From: Marispirochaeta sp.
GTDB taxonomy: Bacteria > Spirochaetota > Spirochaetia > JC444 > Marispirochaetaceae
Reading direction: 5' to 3'
NCBI GenBank assembly: GCA_963676835.2
Contig: CAXXFF010000003.1
Span: 224,001-288,000 of the forward strand
DNA: 64,000 nt
In this document: positions 36,792 through 47,501 of the stretch, one piece after another
Layout of the letters: each line of letters starts with the position of its first letter
Numbering within the stretch: the stretch's first letter is position 1
The notes under the pieces: generated by a model
The model's input: the letters and a program-made list of their open reading frames with translations, nothing else
Database searches by the model: none
What the model was told of the DNA's origin: nothing
Translations under genes and position numbers: made by a program

Positions 36792-38120
36792 CTAAGATTT
36801 TTTTCTATACGCAACTATTCCTGCTGATTCTACCGGCTCCCATTCCGGACCATTCATCCTCTCATTGGTACCGATAATCAGTAGACCTCCGTTTTTAAGC
36901 TTCTCATCGAACTCATTTATCAGAGTTTCCTGCTCATTTTTGGCCAGAAAAGACAAAACATCCCTGGCTATTATAACATCCACCTGTGGGAATGGATTGT
37001 TATGCAGTATATCATGATATTCAAACAGAATATGATTCCGTATATCATCCTTAAACTGGAATCCCCCTTTTGTCTCCTGAACATACGATTTGAAATGTTC
37101 AGGAATTTCCATCTCCTGAAAAAGAAGACTGGGGGCGGTTGAAATACTCAACAGATCGTTGTCGTGAGCCCAAACCTTAAGAACTGCTTCGGGGTTGTTC
37201 CCCTTTAACAGCGATAAGATTGAGTATGTTTCATACCCTTTCGCACATCCGGCATTCCATATGGACAGGTTACCTTTCTGACCCGACGGTAATAGACCGC
37301 GAATGGCATCTGCATAGTCCTGAGTCCAGAGATTTCCGGTATCCCTTGAATAAAAAGGAGCAAGAAACTCATCACCTTCTTCGGGCGATTTTAACTGACT
37401 CTCTTCATCGCTGCCGCCGTGCTGATTTCTCCACTCCGCAAATCTGCTGATAACCCATTCACGGTTAATATCTGAAACGGTAAAGCGTTTGAAAGTTTTC
37501 AGCGTATCCTGAAGAAACTCTATCCCCAGGTCCTCTGAACTCTGCCGGCTTTCAGTCTCATCCTCTGCGGGTGACTGATCATTTGTCATGGGAATTCCCA
37601 TAACCTCCAGATCCAGCCTGGAGGATTCTGTCTCCTGATCATTCCCCAGGATCTTCTCGACATCAAGAATAATATAAAGTTTATTTTCGTTTTCAACGAT
37701 TCCCTTAATAAATTTTATATTAATATCACCAAACAGCGGATGAGGGGCCTGAATGGATGAAGAAGCGATACCAACCACCTTGTCGATGGTATCCACAATC
37801 ACACCTATGAAATAATTATCCAGACGGAGGATAATCATATCCTCCATATTATCTTTACCTGCCTCAGGGACCGGAAGGTTGAACATTTTTCTCAGGTCTA
37901 TAATGGATATAATATCACCCCTCAGATTATACACACCCCTGACATAGGGAGCAGTGTTGGGAACGTAGGTGAAACGATCTGCCTTTGAAATCTCTTTCAC
38001 CTTCATGATATCTATACCATACTCTTTCCCTGCCAGAGAAAAAGTGACCATTTTGAAGTCTATATGTTCGACAACACTTTTCTTTTCCGCTTCCAGCTCT
38101 TTTGCCTGTACCGTATCCAT
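36792..38120 (-). CDS. cheW: CheW fused to a CheR-like domain (spirochaete CheW3 type)
   Basis: MVTFSL..KEYGIDIMKVKEI, GVYNLRGDII; WNAGCAKGYETYS, ARDVLSF; start re-set to ATG 38120 after GAGG. Confidence 0.9.
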   Translation of the reverse strand: MDTVQAKELEAEKKSVVEHIDFKMVTFSLAGKEYGIDIMKVKEISKADRFTYVPNTAPYVRGVYNLRGDIISIIDLRKMFNLPVPEAGKDNMEDMIILRLDNYFIGVIVDTIDKVVGIASSSIQAPHPLFGDINIKFIKGIVENENKLYIILDVEKILGNDQETESSRLDLEVMGIPMTNDQSPAEDETESRQSSEDLGIEFLQDTLKTFKRFTVSDINREWVISRFAEWRNQHGGSDEESQLKSPEEGDEFLAPFYSRDTGNLWTQDYADAIRGLLPSGQKGNLSIWNAGCAKGYETYSILSLLKGNNPEAVLKVWAHDNDLLSISTAPSLLFQEMEIPEHFKSYVQETKGGFQFKDDIRNHILFEYHDILHNNPFPQVDVIIARDVLSFLAKNEQETLINEFDEKLKNGGLLIIGTNERMNGPEWEPVESAGIVAYRKKS

Positions 38121-38136
38121 ATTTCCCTCTTCAGCC

Positions 38137-40524
38137 TCAGCGTACTGTTGTTTCACGTTTTCGTCGGTCAGCCATTTCCTGTTTAAAACCAAGTTCGAGC
38201 AGCTGACTTACATCTATAATAAGAGAAACTGTACCATCTCCAAGAATCGTAGCGCCGGCAATACCCGGCGCATTGGTATAGCTGTCTTTCAAAGGTTTGA
38301 TAACCACGTCTTCTTCGCCTATAAGGGAATCAACAATCAGGCCCATCTTCTTATCACCGCTGCCGACAATAACGACATAATGATATTCGAATTGATCATC
38401 CCCGGGCACTTTGAAAAGCCGGTTTAAACGCAGCAGAGAGATAACATCTTCCCGAACATTAAATACTTCATAGTTGTCAATCATGCGTATCTCTTCCGGC
38501 CGGATACGATGACTGTCTATAACCGAAGTTATCGGTATGGCGTATTTTTCCTGACCCACCTGAACAAGTAGTCCCTGGATAATTGCCAGCGTAAGAGGTA
38601 GCTTAATGGTAAACCGTGTACCCGAGCCCTGCTCGGACCAGACACTGACGCTACCATTCAGCTTTTCAATCTGCTTGCGGACAACATCCAGGCCGACTCC
38701 CCTTCCGGAAATATCTGTTACAGATTTGGCAGTGGAAAAACCGGGCTCAAAAATAAGATTGAAAGCTTCGATATCTGAAAGGTTTTTGCTTGGATGAATT
38801 ATCCCGCGGTCTATGGCTTTTCTTCGTACAGATTCAACATCGATTCCCTTACCGTCATCCTGAATCTCAATTACAATCATGTTGCCTTCGTTCTTGGCAC
38901 GCAGCAAAACATGTCCTTCTGCAGGCTTTCCGGACGCTTCCCGGTCAGGAATACTTTCAATACCGTGGTCAACGGAATTACGTACACAGTGAATCAGAGG
39001 ATCAAGCAGATCTTCAATTACAGATTTGTCCAGCTCGGTATCTTCACCTTCAATAATAAGCTGAATCTTTTTGTTGAGTGATTTGGAAATATCCCGTACA
39101 AGCCTGGGAAAGCGGGAAAAAATATGCGAGATGGGTACCATGCGAATCTGAAGAACCCGCTCATGGAGATCCCCTGTCAGCCGCCCAAGATTCTGGCTGG
39201 TGCTGCGGAACTTGTTAACCGCCCCTTTAAGTTTATTTTCAAAGGGGACAAAAAGGGTTGTTAGATCACCGAACTTTTCCTGCAGCTGCTGGCGAATCTC
39301 TTTTTCGCTTGCTCCGTGCTGAAGCTCTTCCGCCAGATTGGGTACAATATCAAATATTTCCCGCAGCTTTTCCTGAAAAAGTGACTCAGCACTTTTCAGC
39401 TCATCCTGGGTATCTGCAAACTGATTGGTAATCTGATTGAACGTAGCCTTGTTAATTACAGCCTCAGAAACAAGATTGAGCAGATTGTCAATTCTGGCGC
39501 TGTCCACCCGCAGGACAGAGCCCATCTTTTTCTTTTTCGCTGCAACCGTACTGTCCGGTGATGCGGCCGAAGCAACAGCCTCATTTATTTGTTCTGCGTT
39601 ATCCTGTACTTCAGAAGCAGCATTAGGTGCGGCTGCTGCCGCAGGAGCCTTTTTCGGGGCTGCCGGCGGCGGTGCAGTTTCCTGCTCAGCGGCCTGTGCA
39701 CTTTTTTCCACATCGGAAATGTCCACTGAACTAACCACATCAGGGATATGAACTCTTTTGAGAACCTCGTCCTCTCCTGCCTCTGTGGCAGTATAATAGA
39801 TTACTGTCGGGTGAAACTGGTCTTCATAAAGTTCTTCAAAATCCGGTTCAGTTTTAAGCACGGAACCGACTGCCTTCAGGGCAGCATAAACCTGAATACC
39901 ACCGACGGTATTCATTGGGTTTTCTTCATCAAAATGGACAGCCACGGCGAATAGCGTATCATCCGGGCCGGCAGCTTCTTTTAACTCCAGCAGATCTTCA
40001 TCGGAAAGCATCCCTGCCCCGGAAGATACTTTTACCGGTGATGCCGATACGGCCGGTGCCGGTTCGGGACTTGCCTGCGGCTGGGGTGCTGGAGCAGGAT
40101 CCGCAACTTCCGGAGCACTTCCAGCTTCATCGCTGATAAAGTTTTTGAGCCGCCGGCTGGTTTCGGAAATATCCATGGTGAACTCTTCACCATTTGATCG
40201 CGCCTCGAGAATACCCTTTATGATGTCAATTGAGGACAGTAAAACATCTATCAGATCTTCACTGATATTTACCGAGCCGTTGCGGATTTCATCGAGCAAA
40301 TCCTCAACATGGTGGGTAAAACCGGCCAGATCATTCATCTGCACCGTTGCAGATCCACCTTTCAGGGTGTGGGCTGCACGGAAGATCTCGTCTACCGCAT
40401 CTTTATTGCCGGGATCATTTTCCAGAACAAGGATGTTCTGTTCCAGTATTTCGACCTGCATATTTGCTTCCATAAAGAAGTCTTTCAGCAGTTCTTCATT
40501 ATTTGGATCTAGGTAGTCACTCAT
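38137..40524 (-). CDS. cheA: Chemotaxis histidine kinase
   Basis: FRAAHTLKG, P2 linker, VRNSVDHGIE, GRGVGLDVV, P5. Confidence 0.97.
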   Translation of the reverse strand: MSDYLDPNNEELLKDFFMEANMQVEILEQNILVLENDPGNKDAVDEIFRAAHTLKGGSATVQMNDLAGFTHHVEDLLDEIRNGSVNISEDLIDVLLSSIDIIKGILEARSNGEEFTMDISETSRRLKNFISDEAGSAPEVADPAPAPQPQASPEPAPAVSASPVKVSSGAGMLSDEDLLELKEAAGPDDTLFAVAVHFDEENPMNTVGGIQVYAALKAVGSVLKTEPDFEELYEDQFHPTVIYYTATEAGEDEVLKRVHIPDVVSSVDISDVEKSAQAAEQETAPPPAAPKKAPAAAAAPNAASEVQDNAEQINEAVASAASPDSTVAAKKKKMGSVLRVDSARIDNLLNLVSEAVINKATFNQITNQFADTQDELKSAESLFQEKLREIFDIVPNLAEELQHGASEKEIRQQLQEKFGDLTTLFVPFENKLKGAVNKFRSTSQNLGRLTGDLHERVLQIRMVPISHIFSRFPRLVRDISKSLNKKIQLIIEGEDTELDKSVIEDLLDPLIHCVRNSVDHGIESIPDREASGKPAEGHVLLRAKNEGNMIVIEIQDDGKGIDVESVRRKAIDRGIIHPSKNLSDIEAFNLIFEPGFSTAKSVTDISGRGVGLDVVRKQIEKLNGSVSVWSEQGSGTRFTIKLPLTLAIIQGLLVQVGQEKYAIPITSVIDSHRIRPEEIRMIDNYEVFNVREDVISLLRLNRLFKVPGDDQFEYHYVVIVGSGDKKMGLIVDSLIGEEDVVIKPLKDSYTNAPGIAGATILGDGTVSLIIDVSQLLELGFKQEMADRRKRETTVR

Positions 40525-40705
40525 CTCGAAATTAATCTTTATATATAAGTACCGTTAAGTCAAGCGAGATTTTTTACTTAAGCCTTATTCAATCAAAAGT
40601 TAAGCCTATGTATGCTTGAGTAAAGGTATGATACTATCGATAATAAACTGTAGGATTTTGGTTTATCTTATTTTCGGGGATACATTTACTTCAGGACGGT
40701 TTATT

Positions 40706-41863
40706 ATGCGTTTCAAGTCTTCTATTTTGCCGTATTTCCTTGTCACTCTTTTTATTGCCGGTACAGTTACGCATGGATTTGCAGCGGATGTCTCAGTTAC
40801 TACAATGGAGCTTATTACAAGGGGATCCATGGATGGCGACAACTTTGTTCTGGATACATTCGGGGACATAGATGTAGAAATAGCCGGTGGATACAAACTC
40901 GGAGGAGCCTTAACCCTGGGGATTACCAACGGCACCATGGGGATGTCCAACACGGACCTTTCGACCGCTGATTCTGCAGAGACTTACCTGAGTGATTCTG
41001 CACTGCTATACCTTAAGTCTGCCCGGGTTTCGGTAAGAGAAGCATTTAATCTCCCCCTGACCATATCCTACTTCACCGGCGAAACAGAAACTTTTGCAAA
41101 TGGCGACATATTTCCATCCTACTATGGTTCAGGCCAGGTAGCCTCACTTTTTAGGGGGTACTTTTACTTTCCCGATACGGTTGTTTATGACGGCCTGTAC
41201 AGCGTCGACGGTACGGGAATACAGATTGATACAGATTTCGGACGGAACTGGACCAGACTTAGCCTGTATACCTATCAGGACAACAATTACGGGCAGGGGC
41301 ATTACAGCTCGGATTTACGCTGGAACGCAAACGGTGACAATTTCAAGATCGATACCTTCCTTGGCGGGTCCTATCCCTATGGAGATTACGGGCTTTACCG
41401 GGCGGGAGTCTTAATTGATCTGATTGCAAATGAAAAAGGTGAGTTTTTTGCCCAGGTGGGTATCCCCCGTTTTTCACCCGGGGAAGATGCCATCGATATA
41501 GGCATGTTCTATTTCCTTTTTGAACCTCGAATTCATTTTGGTGTAGGCAGCCTTATTTTCACCTTTTTCTCCCATCCCAAATACTACAAGGAATACATGG
41601 AGACAGAAACCGGAGAAACCGGCGATCTGCACACAAATATCAATCTACTGTTCGGTAAACCCGAAGAAACACCACTTGCAGGCGGTCTTGAAACTACAAT
41701 GCTTTACAGCGACGATACCGACCTGAGTGTTACAGTCTCTCCATATATGAGCTTTATTACCCAGGGCGCCGTGTGGAACCTGAAATTAAATTACCTGGCC
41801 ACCGAAACGAGCAGTATCAGCGATATGTTCAGTGCGTTTATCGGTGTACGAGCGGAGTTTTAG
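40706..41863 (+). CDS. Exported hypothetical protein, probable outer-membrane beta-barrel
   Basis: Signal peptide, alternating aromatic/Gly strands, terminal IGVRAEF. Confidence 0.7.
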   Translation: MRFKSSILPYFLVTLFIAGTVTHGFAADVSVTTMELITRGSMDGDNFVLDTFGDIDVEIAGGYKLGGALTLGITNGTMGMSNTDLSTADSAETYLSDSALLYLKSARVSVREAFNLPLTISYFTGETETFANGDIFPSYYGSGQVASLFRGYFYFPDTVVYDGLYSVDGTGIQIDTDFGRNWTRLSLYTYQDNNYGQGHYSSDLRWNANGDNFKIDTFLGGSYPYGDYGLYRAGVLIDLIANEKGEFFAQVGIPRFSPGEDAIDIGMFYFLFEPRIHFGVGSLIFTFFSHPKYYKEYMETETGETGDLHTNINLLFGKPEETPLAGGLETTMLYSDDTDLSVTVSPYMSFITQGAVWNLKLNYLATETSSISDMFSAFIGVRAEF

Positions 41864-42739
41864 ATGAAGAAACCATTTATCATAGCTGTATCCTTTCTTT
41901 TCCTAAGCACGTTCTTTCTCTACTCTTCAGAGGTTGGTACATCCTTCACCTTCAGCAATATCGATTTTACCGATGACCGGGCTAAAACTGATACAGAAGT
42001 AAGCGGAACGGATTTCCTTTATGGTCTTTCAGTTTTCGGAAATGCTGATGTCTCTCAGGATATGAATCTCGAAACCGGACTTTTTTACGATCCCATACTC
42101 AAATATTCCATTTCGGCCCTTCTCAGTTATAGAAGTGATTTTTTTGAGCTGAAAGCAGGGCCTTTTTTCGGTGTTTTCAATGATTTCTCAACCATTTTAA
42201 AACCGGGTATTTCCACAGAAATATTGGTAGATGTACCAGGCGTAATTTTTGGCCGCTTGTCTGCAGATTCAAGCATTGGGGGAAGACTAGTCAGCAGCGG
42301 CGATTATCTCCAGGAAAAAAGTGTTCTCGGCGTCGGTTTCTATATTCCCAATGCAATTTGCGAAGCAAGTCTTTCCACAAAAACCTTCACTGAAAAAACA
42401 TCCGCCGGAGAAAAAGTTTCCAAACTGCAGGAATACGCGTTCAGCACCGATATTTACCAGAAAAACAGACCTTACCGGTTTGAGCTGACCTTCGGGTATC
42501 AGACCAGAACACTCACTTTTATTGAAACTTCGACAGTTGAACACACCTTCAACTCGTTAATTCTCGGGACCAGGATAGATCTTGCAGCGAGCAGTAAAAT
42601 GGATCTCTTTTTTGATTTGAAAAGCAATATTTATTCCTTCGGAGAAGCGGATGGAACCTTTATGGAAACCGCTACCTCCGGACTTGGAATGTATCTTTTC
42701 AGCCTGGAAACGGGTGTTTCGTTCCGGTTGGACGAATAA
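41864..42739 (+). CDS. Exported hypothetical protein, probable beta-barrel
   Basis: Signal peptide, beta-strand pattern, ETGVSFRL near the end; starts immediately after the previous stop. Confidence 0.7.
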   Translation: MKKPFIIAVSFLFLSTFFLYSSEVGTSFTFSNIDFTDDRAKTDTEVSGTDFLYGLSVFGNADVSQDMNLETGLFYDPILKYSISALLSYRSDFFELKAGPFFGVFNDFSTILKPGISTEILVDVPGVIFGRLSADSSIGGRLVSSGDYLQEKSVLGVGFYIPNAICEASLSTKTFTEKTSAGEKVSKLQEYAFSTDIYQKNRPYRFELTFGYQTRTLTFIETSTVEHTFNSLILGTRIDLAASSKMDLFFDLKSNIYSFGEADGTFMETATSGLGMYLFSLETGVSFRLDE

Positions 42740-43140
42740 ACCGTAGAACCAACAGCTTGTTAGAGTCTTTACCATAGAAACTGTCCGTATTTTAACACAA
42801 GACTTCTCTATAGACTCTTACACCCTCATTATTAAACGCGCGTAATATCAATGCCTTGATCATAGACAGTTTTATCGCATCAGGTGAAACAAGTTTAGCC
42901 ATTAGCTATTTACTTCCTGCGATGAATACGCTTTCATAAAACCATAAAATGCTATGCTCTTTTCGTGTTGAAAGAGAAGCTTGATAAATCCTGAATATAA
43001 TTCTATTCGAAGGCTATAAGGTAATTCAGCCAAATGCCGGTGATATTTTATCTTGTTTTGAGTGATACTATTGTGATTATTCTTAATTTAGAACTGATTT
43101 AAATATAGAAGCTTTTTACCTGTGTCGGTCTGTAAACAAC

Positions 43141-43169
43141 AAAAAAGTCCTCCGGAAAACCGGAGGACT
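43141..43169 (-). terminator. Intrinsic terminator of flaA
   Basis: AGTCCTCCGG-N3-CCGGAGGACT followed by T-run on the minus strand. Confidence 0.85.
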
Positions 43170-43193
43170 CTATTATCAAGTAGAAAGGAGAAC

Positions 43194-44153
43194 TTATTCA
43201 GCAGCAGCTGCTTCGCCTTCAACATCCTGATGCATCTTCTGAGATTCGAGGTAGCGAAGTACCTGAACGTTGCCGAGTCTTTCGAACTCTGCATTACGCC
43301 GTGCATCTTCACGCTGCTCAAGAATACCCCAGATGGATTCATCATCAACATCGGATTCCAGTGAAAGAACCGCGAGGTCGTAAGTCATGGTGATGTCCTT
43401 GACATAAGTAACGAAATCCCCGCCACCGTGCATTGCATCACGGAAAATTGCGATTCCAACCAGCTTATAGTTGGGGGCAGTTTTGGGATACAGGGGGAAC
43501 TTCTTAATTTCCCGGTTACGAACCTCATCGATATAGTTGGGGTTCTGCCAGGTAAGTGTCTTCCATCCATCAAACTCAAGGTCGTTTATGATAATAGTCT
43601 GCTCCATATTGTTCTGATCCTTCAGGATCACACCGACACGGTGGGGGAAATTTTTTCCCAGAACATTCATTGAAATACTTTTGACTACACCAACATTCTT
43701 GATAACACCGAAGTTATTGAACTTATCGGGGTCATCAGGACTGAAATATGCAGGTATTTCAAAGGGAGGCTTAATCAGCGCATAGGCGTTGTAGGACTCT
43801 TCGGGGAAGTGTACACGAACACCCATGATAGTCTCTCCGGCGTATCTACGAGCAGTATCTTTGACCGGGGCTTCCTTGGTCAGAGAGTACCGCTGGTTAA
43901 CTACAGTACGCGAAGAGCTTGACAGCTGTACGTCCCAGTTTTCAATAGCGAGGGAAGTCTTCATCTGAGTCTTCTCCTCGTCAGTAAAGCTGGTACCAGC
44001 CTTGTCGCTGAAATCGATAATCGTAGCTTCGTTTTCACCAGTTTCGGTGTCAGCAGTAAGTACTGCGAAGTCGATAAGCGTCGCTTCCTCTGCAGTGACT
44101 ATCATTCCGGAAACAACCATGAGAAGACAAAGAAAGATTGCAAACCGTTTCAT
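43194..44153 (-). CDS. flaA: Flagellar filament sheath protein
   Basis: Signal peptide, LIDF, SLAIENWDVQL, GVRVHFP, GVIKNVG, FDGWKTL, YLESQK. Confidence 0.92.
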   Translation of the reverse strand: MKRFAIFLCLLMVVSGMIVTAEEATLIDFAVLTADTETGENEATIIDFSDKAGTSFTDEEKTQMKTSLAIENWDVQLSSSSRTVVNQRYSLTKEAPVKDTARRYAGETIMGVRVHFPEESYNAYALIKPPFEIPAYFSPDDPDKFNNFGVIKNVGVVKSISMNVLGKNFPHRVGVILKDQNNMEQTIIINDLEFDGWKTLTWQNPNYIDEVRNREIKKFPLYPKTAPNYKLVGIAIFRDAMHGGGDFVTYVKDITMTYDLAVLSLESDVDDESIWGILEQREDARRNAEFERLGNVQVLRYLESQKMHQDVEGEAAAAE

Positions 44154-44194
44154 TTATTGCTCCTTTCTCACATTAATTGCATTTGCCATCTAAA

Positions 44195-44222
44195 ATTATA
44201 CGTACCCATACATTTTTGTCAA
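44195..44222 (-). promoter_or_regulatory. Consensus sigma70 promoter of flaA
   Basis: TTGACA-N16-TATAAT, both hexamers exact. Confidence 0.8.
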
Positions 44223-44271
44223 CGATTTTTCTTTTTTTTGCTCTTTTTCGAAAAAAACCTCCAGCCATATT

Positions 44272-44769
44272 CTACTCCTCAATCCCGAACCTCGGCTCGA
44301 GACCATTCACAGTTATTATGATCTTCTCAAGAAAAGGGAAGTTCACAGATAGATTGTCGACAAGGAGGTTCTTAATCTCAACAAGCTTGAGGGAATGATT
44401 TTCAAGATTAAACACTAAATTTCGGCTGAAATCTACATATACGTCATTATTCACCAGTTTAAGGTGGTTAAGTCGGGTTCCTTCCGGGAAAATCGGTACC
44501 AGCCGAAGGGTCGCCGGCCCGAGTAGAAGGTCATCCAGATAGGCACGAATGTTTGATTCCCTGTTGGATGATACACTGACATTTCGTGTTTCACCGGTGA
44601 GTTTCATGGACATTTCACGGGGAAAAATAAATTTTCGCCTTAGCTGTTTCGCCGGTTCAAGGGTGTAAAAAAGTATTGAAAGAAGCAGGAAGACCAGCAG
44701 TATTCCCCCTAACAGGAGAGGGAGCATATTAATATTGCGGGTTTTATTCACCAGAATCCTCGATATCAT
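44272..44769 (-). CDS. GerMN-domain protein
   Basis: N-terminal TM, LLLGP, IFPEGT, YVDFS, ITVNG. Confidence 0.75.
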   Translation of the reverse strand: MISRILVNKTRNINMLPLLLGGILLVFLLLSILFYTLEPAKQLRRKFIFPREMSMKLTGETRNVSVSSNRESNIRAYLDDLLLGPATLRLVPIFPEGTRLNHLKLVNNDVYVDFSRNLVFNLENHSLKLVEIKNLLVDNLSVNFPFLEKIIITVNGLEPRFGIEE

Positions 44770-44797
44770 GCTTGATTTTCCCTTTTACAGGATGGCT

Positions 44798-45862
44798 TTA
44801 TTCGCCGCCTTTTTCAAACTGTTCTATGTAAGCGGACAGCCCATTATAGATTCCAGCGGACACCTTCTGCAAGTACGGGCTGTTGTTCAGGAGTGCAGCT
44901 TCTGAGGGGTTTGTAACAAAACCGATTTCCGCCAGAACAGAGGGCATTCGTGCATTCCGCACCACAAACCAGGACTCCTCTTTTAATCCCCGGTTTCCAC
45001 TCTGGTCACCAATAGTCGAGTCCATACCTTTAAGAATTTCCCTGGCAAGAAGAATACTTTCGACGGTAAATTCTTCTTCCAGAATGGAATTGAGAATCGG
45101 GGCAATATTCTTCTGGTCACCATCAAGCTCATCGGGATCGATTACCTCACGGCGATATTCCGGCGGCAGATACCAGACTTCAAAACCTGTAGCTTTGCTG
45201 TTGAGGGAAGCGTTGGCATGAATGGAAAGAAATATCATTGCCTCGTTTTCTGCAAGATCTATGGCATTTGCAAAATCAGTTCTCTCTTCCAGGGCAAGAT
45301 AACGGTCGTCTTCCCGGGTCATAAGGATGTTTTTATCGGGGTATCTTTTTTTCAACAGTGCGTTTACCCTGACTGCCACATCAAGAACTATAGACTTTTC
45401 CTCAAGGGTAACCCTCTTACCCCCTATGGTGTGGGTCCCGATGGTACCGGGATCTTTGCCTCCATGCCCGGGATCGATTATAATTGTTGAGATAAAAAAT
45501 CCATCGTGTTGTGTGTTTGCAGAAAAAATCTGGATAAAGCTTTCCGCCGCAGTATCGGTGACCATTACTCTGCCCTGACTGTCCCGCCGGGGAGGATCGA
45601 TATCGACAATCCTGTTAAAATCTTTAAGCAGATAGGGCAGAGAGACTTGAAAAACCACGGAATTTCTTCCACGGTTGACAATACCCCGTTCAAGCACAGG
45701 ATCCCAGAGAAGCTCTCCCCCTACCCGTTCTATCAAACTGACTATATTTTCTTCACTGTACAGCAGAGTGGAAACGGCCATCAGCAGAAAGAGGAATAAT
45801 AATTTCAGAAGAGATTTTCTTTTTATATTATTCTGCACCTTATTTCCCGCCGATTTTACCAC
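44798..45862 (-). CDS. N-acetylmuramoyl-L-alanine amidase (Amidase_3)
   Basis: IDPGHGGKDPG, EK, LEERT, SIHANA, PSVLAEIGFVTN. Confidence 0.92.
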   Translation of the reverse strand: MVKSAGNKVQNNIKRKSLLKLLFLFLLMAVSTLLYSEENIVSLIERVGGELLWDPVLERGIVNRGRNSVVFQVSLPYLLKDFNRIVDIDPPRRDSQGRVMVTDTAAESFIQIFSANTQHDGFFISTIIIDPGHGGKDPGTIGTHTIGGKRVTLEEKSIVLDVAVRVNALLKKRYPDKNILMTREDDRYLALEERTDFANAIDLAENEAMIFLSIHANASLNSKATGFEVWYLPPEYRREVIDPDELDGDQKNIAPILNSILEEEFTVESILLAREILKGMDSTIGDQSGNRGLKEESWFVVRNARMPSVLAEIGFVTNPSEAALLNNSPYLQKVSAGIYNGLSAYIEQFEKGGE

Positions 45863-45876
45863 TGAAACTTATACCT

Positions 45877-47499
45877 CTACACTCTTTCGAAAGAGTTATC
45901 CCAGCCACTGAAGCATTCTCCGTAAGATTTGTTATTAATAAATTCCTTGAGAGTATCTATATACCAGATACCACCCTGTATGCCACCCCGGAAAAAAGCG
46001 TGCCAGAAACCGGCCCCTGTTGAACCGTCGCCGGTCACCTGTCTGATTCCAGTCTCTTTTAGAATAGAGTTCAGAGACTGCAGCATAGTGCGACCCATCC
46101 AGTCGACATTTATAAAATTGATCTCTTCCTCAAACAACGGCGGTTTGCCAATAGTAATTCCTGATTCTCCTATTTTCTGCTTATCCGGAATTTTTTTCAG
46201 GCTTTTTATCCAGTCTCTGTTTTCTCTTACAGTAAATTGATATGCATCCGGTACCCACTTGTCACTTCTTTTCTGGAGAAACGACAGAGTCGATAGTTCT
46301 CCCGGTTTGAGACGGACAAGCACGTTCCGGCATGCCTCCTCCGCTGCGCTTGTTGCACTATTTCTATCATTATGGGAAAAGATATAGTTTCCGCATTTTT
46401 CCACATTATTATGCGGAAAACTGACCACATCGCCGGCATTCCTGGAAAGAAAAGCTGCATTTCCAGCCTGACGGTCAAATCCTTCTATCGATTGAATTGT
46501 TCCGGGTATTGAGTAAAAGGCCCTCTCGGCGGAAATTTTATGCGTTTTTTCCTCCAGACTCCCGGGATGTTCTCCCACAGCAATCTTGAGAGCGGCGGCG
46601 GTCAGGTTGACTCCCGAAGAGAGAGGATACGTCCAGCCGGACATAAACCCGCCGGACAGCCGTGCGGCAATTTCTCCGACCACAGCTCCCCTGGGGGTAA
46701 GTTTTATATCACCTTTTGCAGCCCCATTATTGATACCAAGAGCTTTCACGCCCTGCTTAAACACCTGGACCACATTTTTTACCGGAACCTCGCCGAATTC
46801 GGTGGGCATGGTATGGCCTGTTTCGATAAAATATGGCGGAAACCTGATTATTCTGTCTGCAACACCGCAGATGTTTATCTCACCATTGAAAACGAGGGCA
46901 TCAATACTGAACTCCGGCCCTTCAAGATATTCCTCAATGATTACTTTTTTCGAAGCTGAATATGCCATGGCCCGCTCGAAGGCTTCATTATACTCTTCTT
47001 TGCAGTCAACTCTGCGGATACCTCTGGCACCCATATTATCCACGGGCTTAACAACCAGAGGAAAAGAGATCGATGCAAGAGCCTCCTCCTTGAGGCCGCC
47101 ATCGCATACTTCCACAAAACGGGGAGACGGCACCTGATACTTATGGAAAACCTGTCGCATTCTGGCTTTATCGGAAGCGTTAAGGGCAGTTTCGTATCCG
47201 ATACCGGGAAGATCCGCCTTTTCTGCAGCATATGCGACACAGGCGGAGAAATCTGTGCCGGCGGTAAAAACTCCGTCCAGGCCCCTCCCGTTTTTCCATG
47301 TAACCACAGATTCTGCAATTTTTTCTTTGTCACGAATATCAATGTGCTCAAAGAAATCAGACTCCTCTATTCCCGGAGCTTTACTGTTGCCGTCGGAGCA
47401 AACAACCTCCCAGCCGAAATCCCGGGCAGCGCGAATAGCCGGAATCTGCATAACGCCGGCACCTAAAATATAGATACGCTTTCTTCGCTCTGCTTTCAC
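45877..47499 (-). CDS. ATP-grasp ligase
   Basis: ILGAGVMQ, DKARMR, VVKPVDNMGARG, EEYLEGPEFS, GEIAARLSGG. Confidence 0.85.
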   Translation of the reverse strand: MKAERRKRIYILGAGVMQIPAIRAARDFGWEVVCSDGNSKAPGIEESDFFEHIDIRDKEKIAESVVTWKNGRGLDGVFTAGTDFSACVAYAAEKADLPGIGYETALNASDKARMRQVFHKYQVPSPRFVEVCDGGLKEEALASISFPLVVKPVDNMGARGIRRVDCKEEYNEAFERAMAYSASKKVIIEEYLEGPEFSIDALVFNGEINICGVADRIIRFPPYFIETGHTMPTEFGEVPVKNVVQVFKQGVKALGINNGAAKGDIKLTPRGAVVGEIAARLSGGFMSGWTYPLSSGVNLTAAALKIAVGEHPGSLEEKTHKISAERAFYSIPGTIQSIEGFDRQAGNAAFLSRNAGDVVSFPHNNVEKCGNYIFSHNDRNSATSAAEEACRNVLVRLKPGELSTLSFLQKRSDKWVPDAYQFTVRENRDWIKSLKKIPDKQKIGESGITIGKPPLFEEEINFINVDWMGRTMLQSLNSILKETGIRQVTGDGSTGAGFWHAFFRGGIQGGIWYIDTLKEFINNKSYGECFSGWDNSFERV

Positions 47500-47501
47500 T
47501 A

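Noticed and set aside
36792..38120. CheW-CheR fusion as a novelty
   Set aside because: This is the known spirochaete CheW3-type architecture within the standard cheA-W-X-Y operon.
42745..42770. Integron attC-like start (minus strand TCTAACAAG)
   Set aside because: No matching GTTRRRY at a suitable distance with L boxes, no repeat copies, no integrase.
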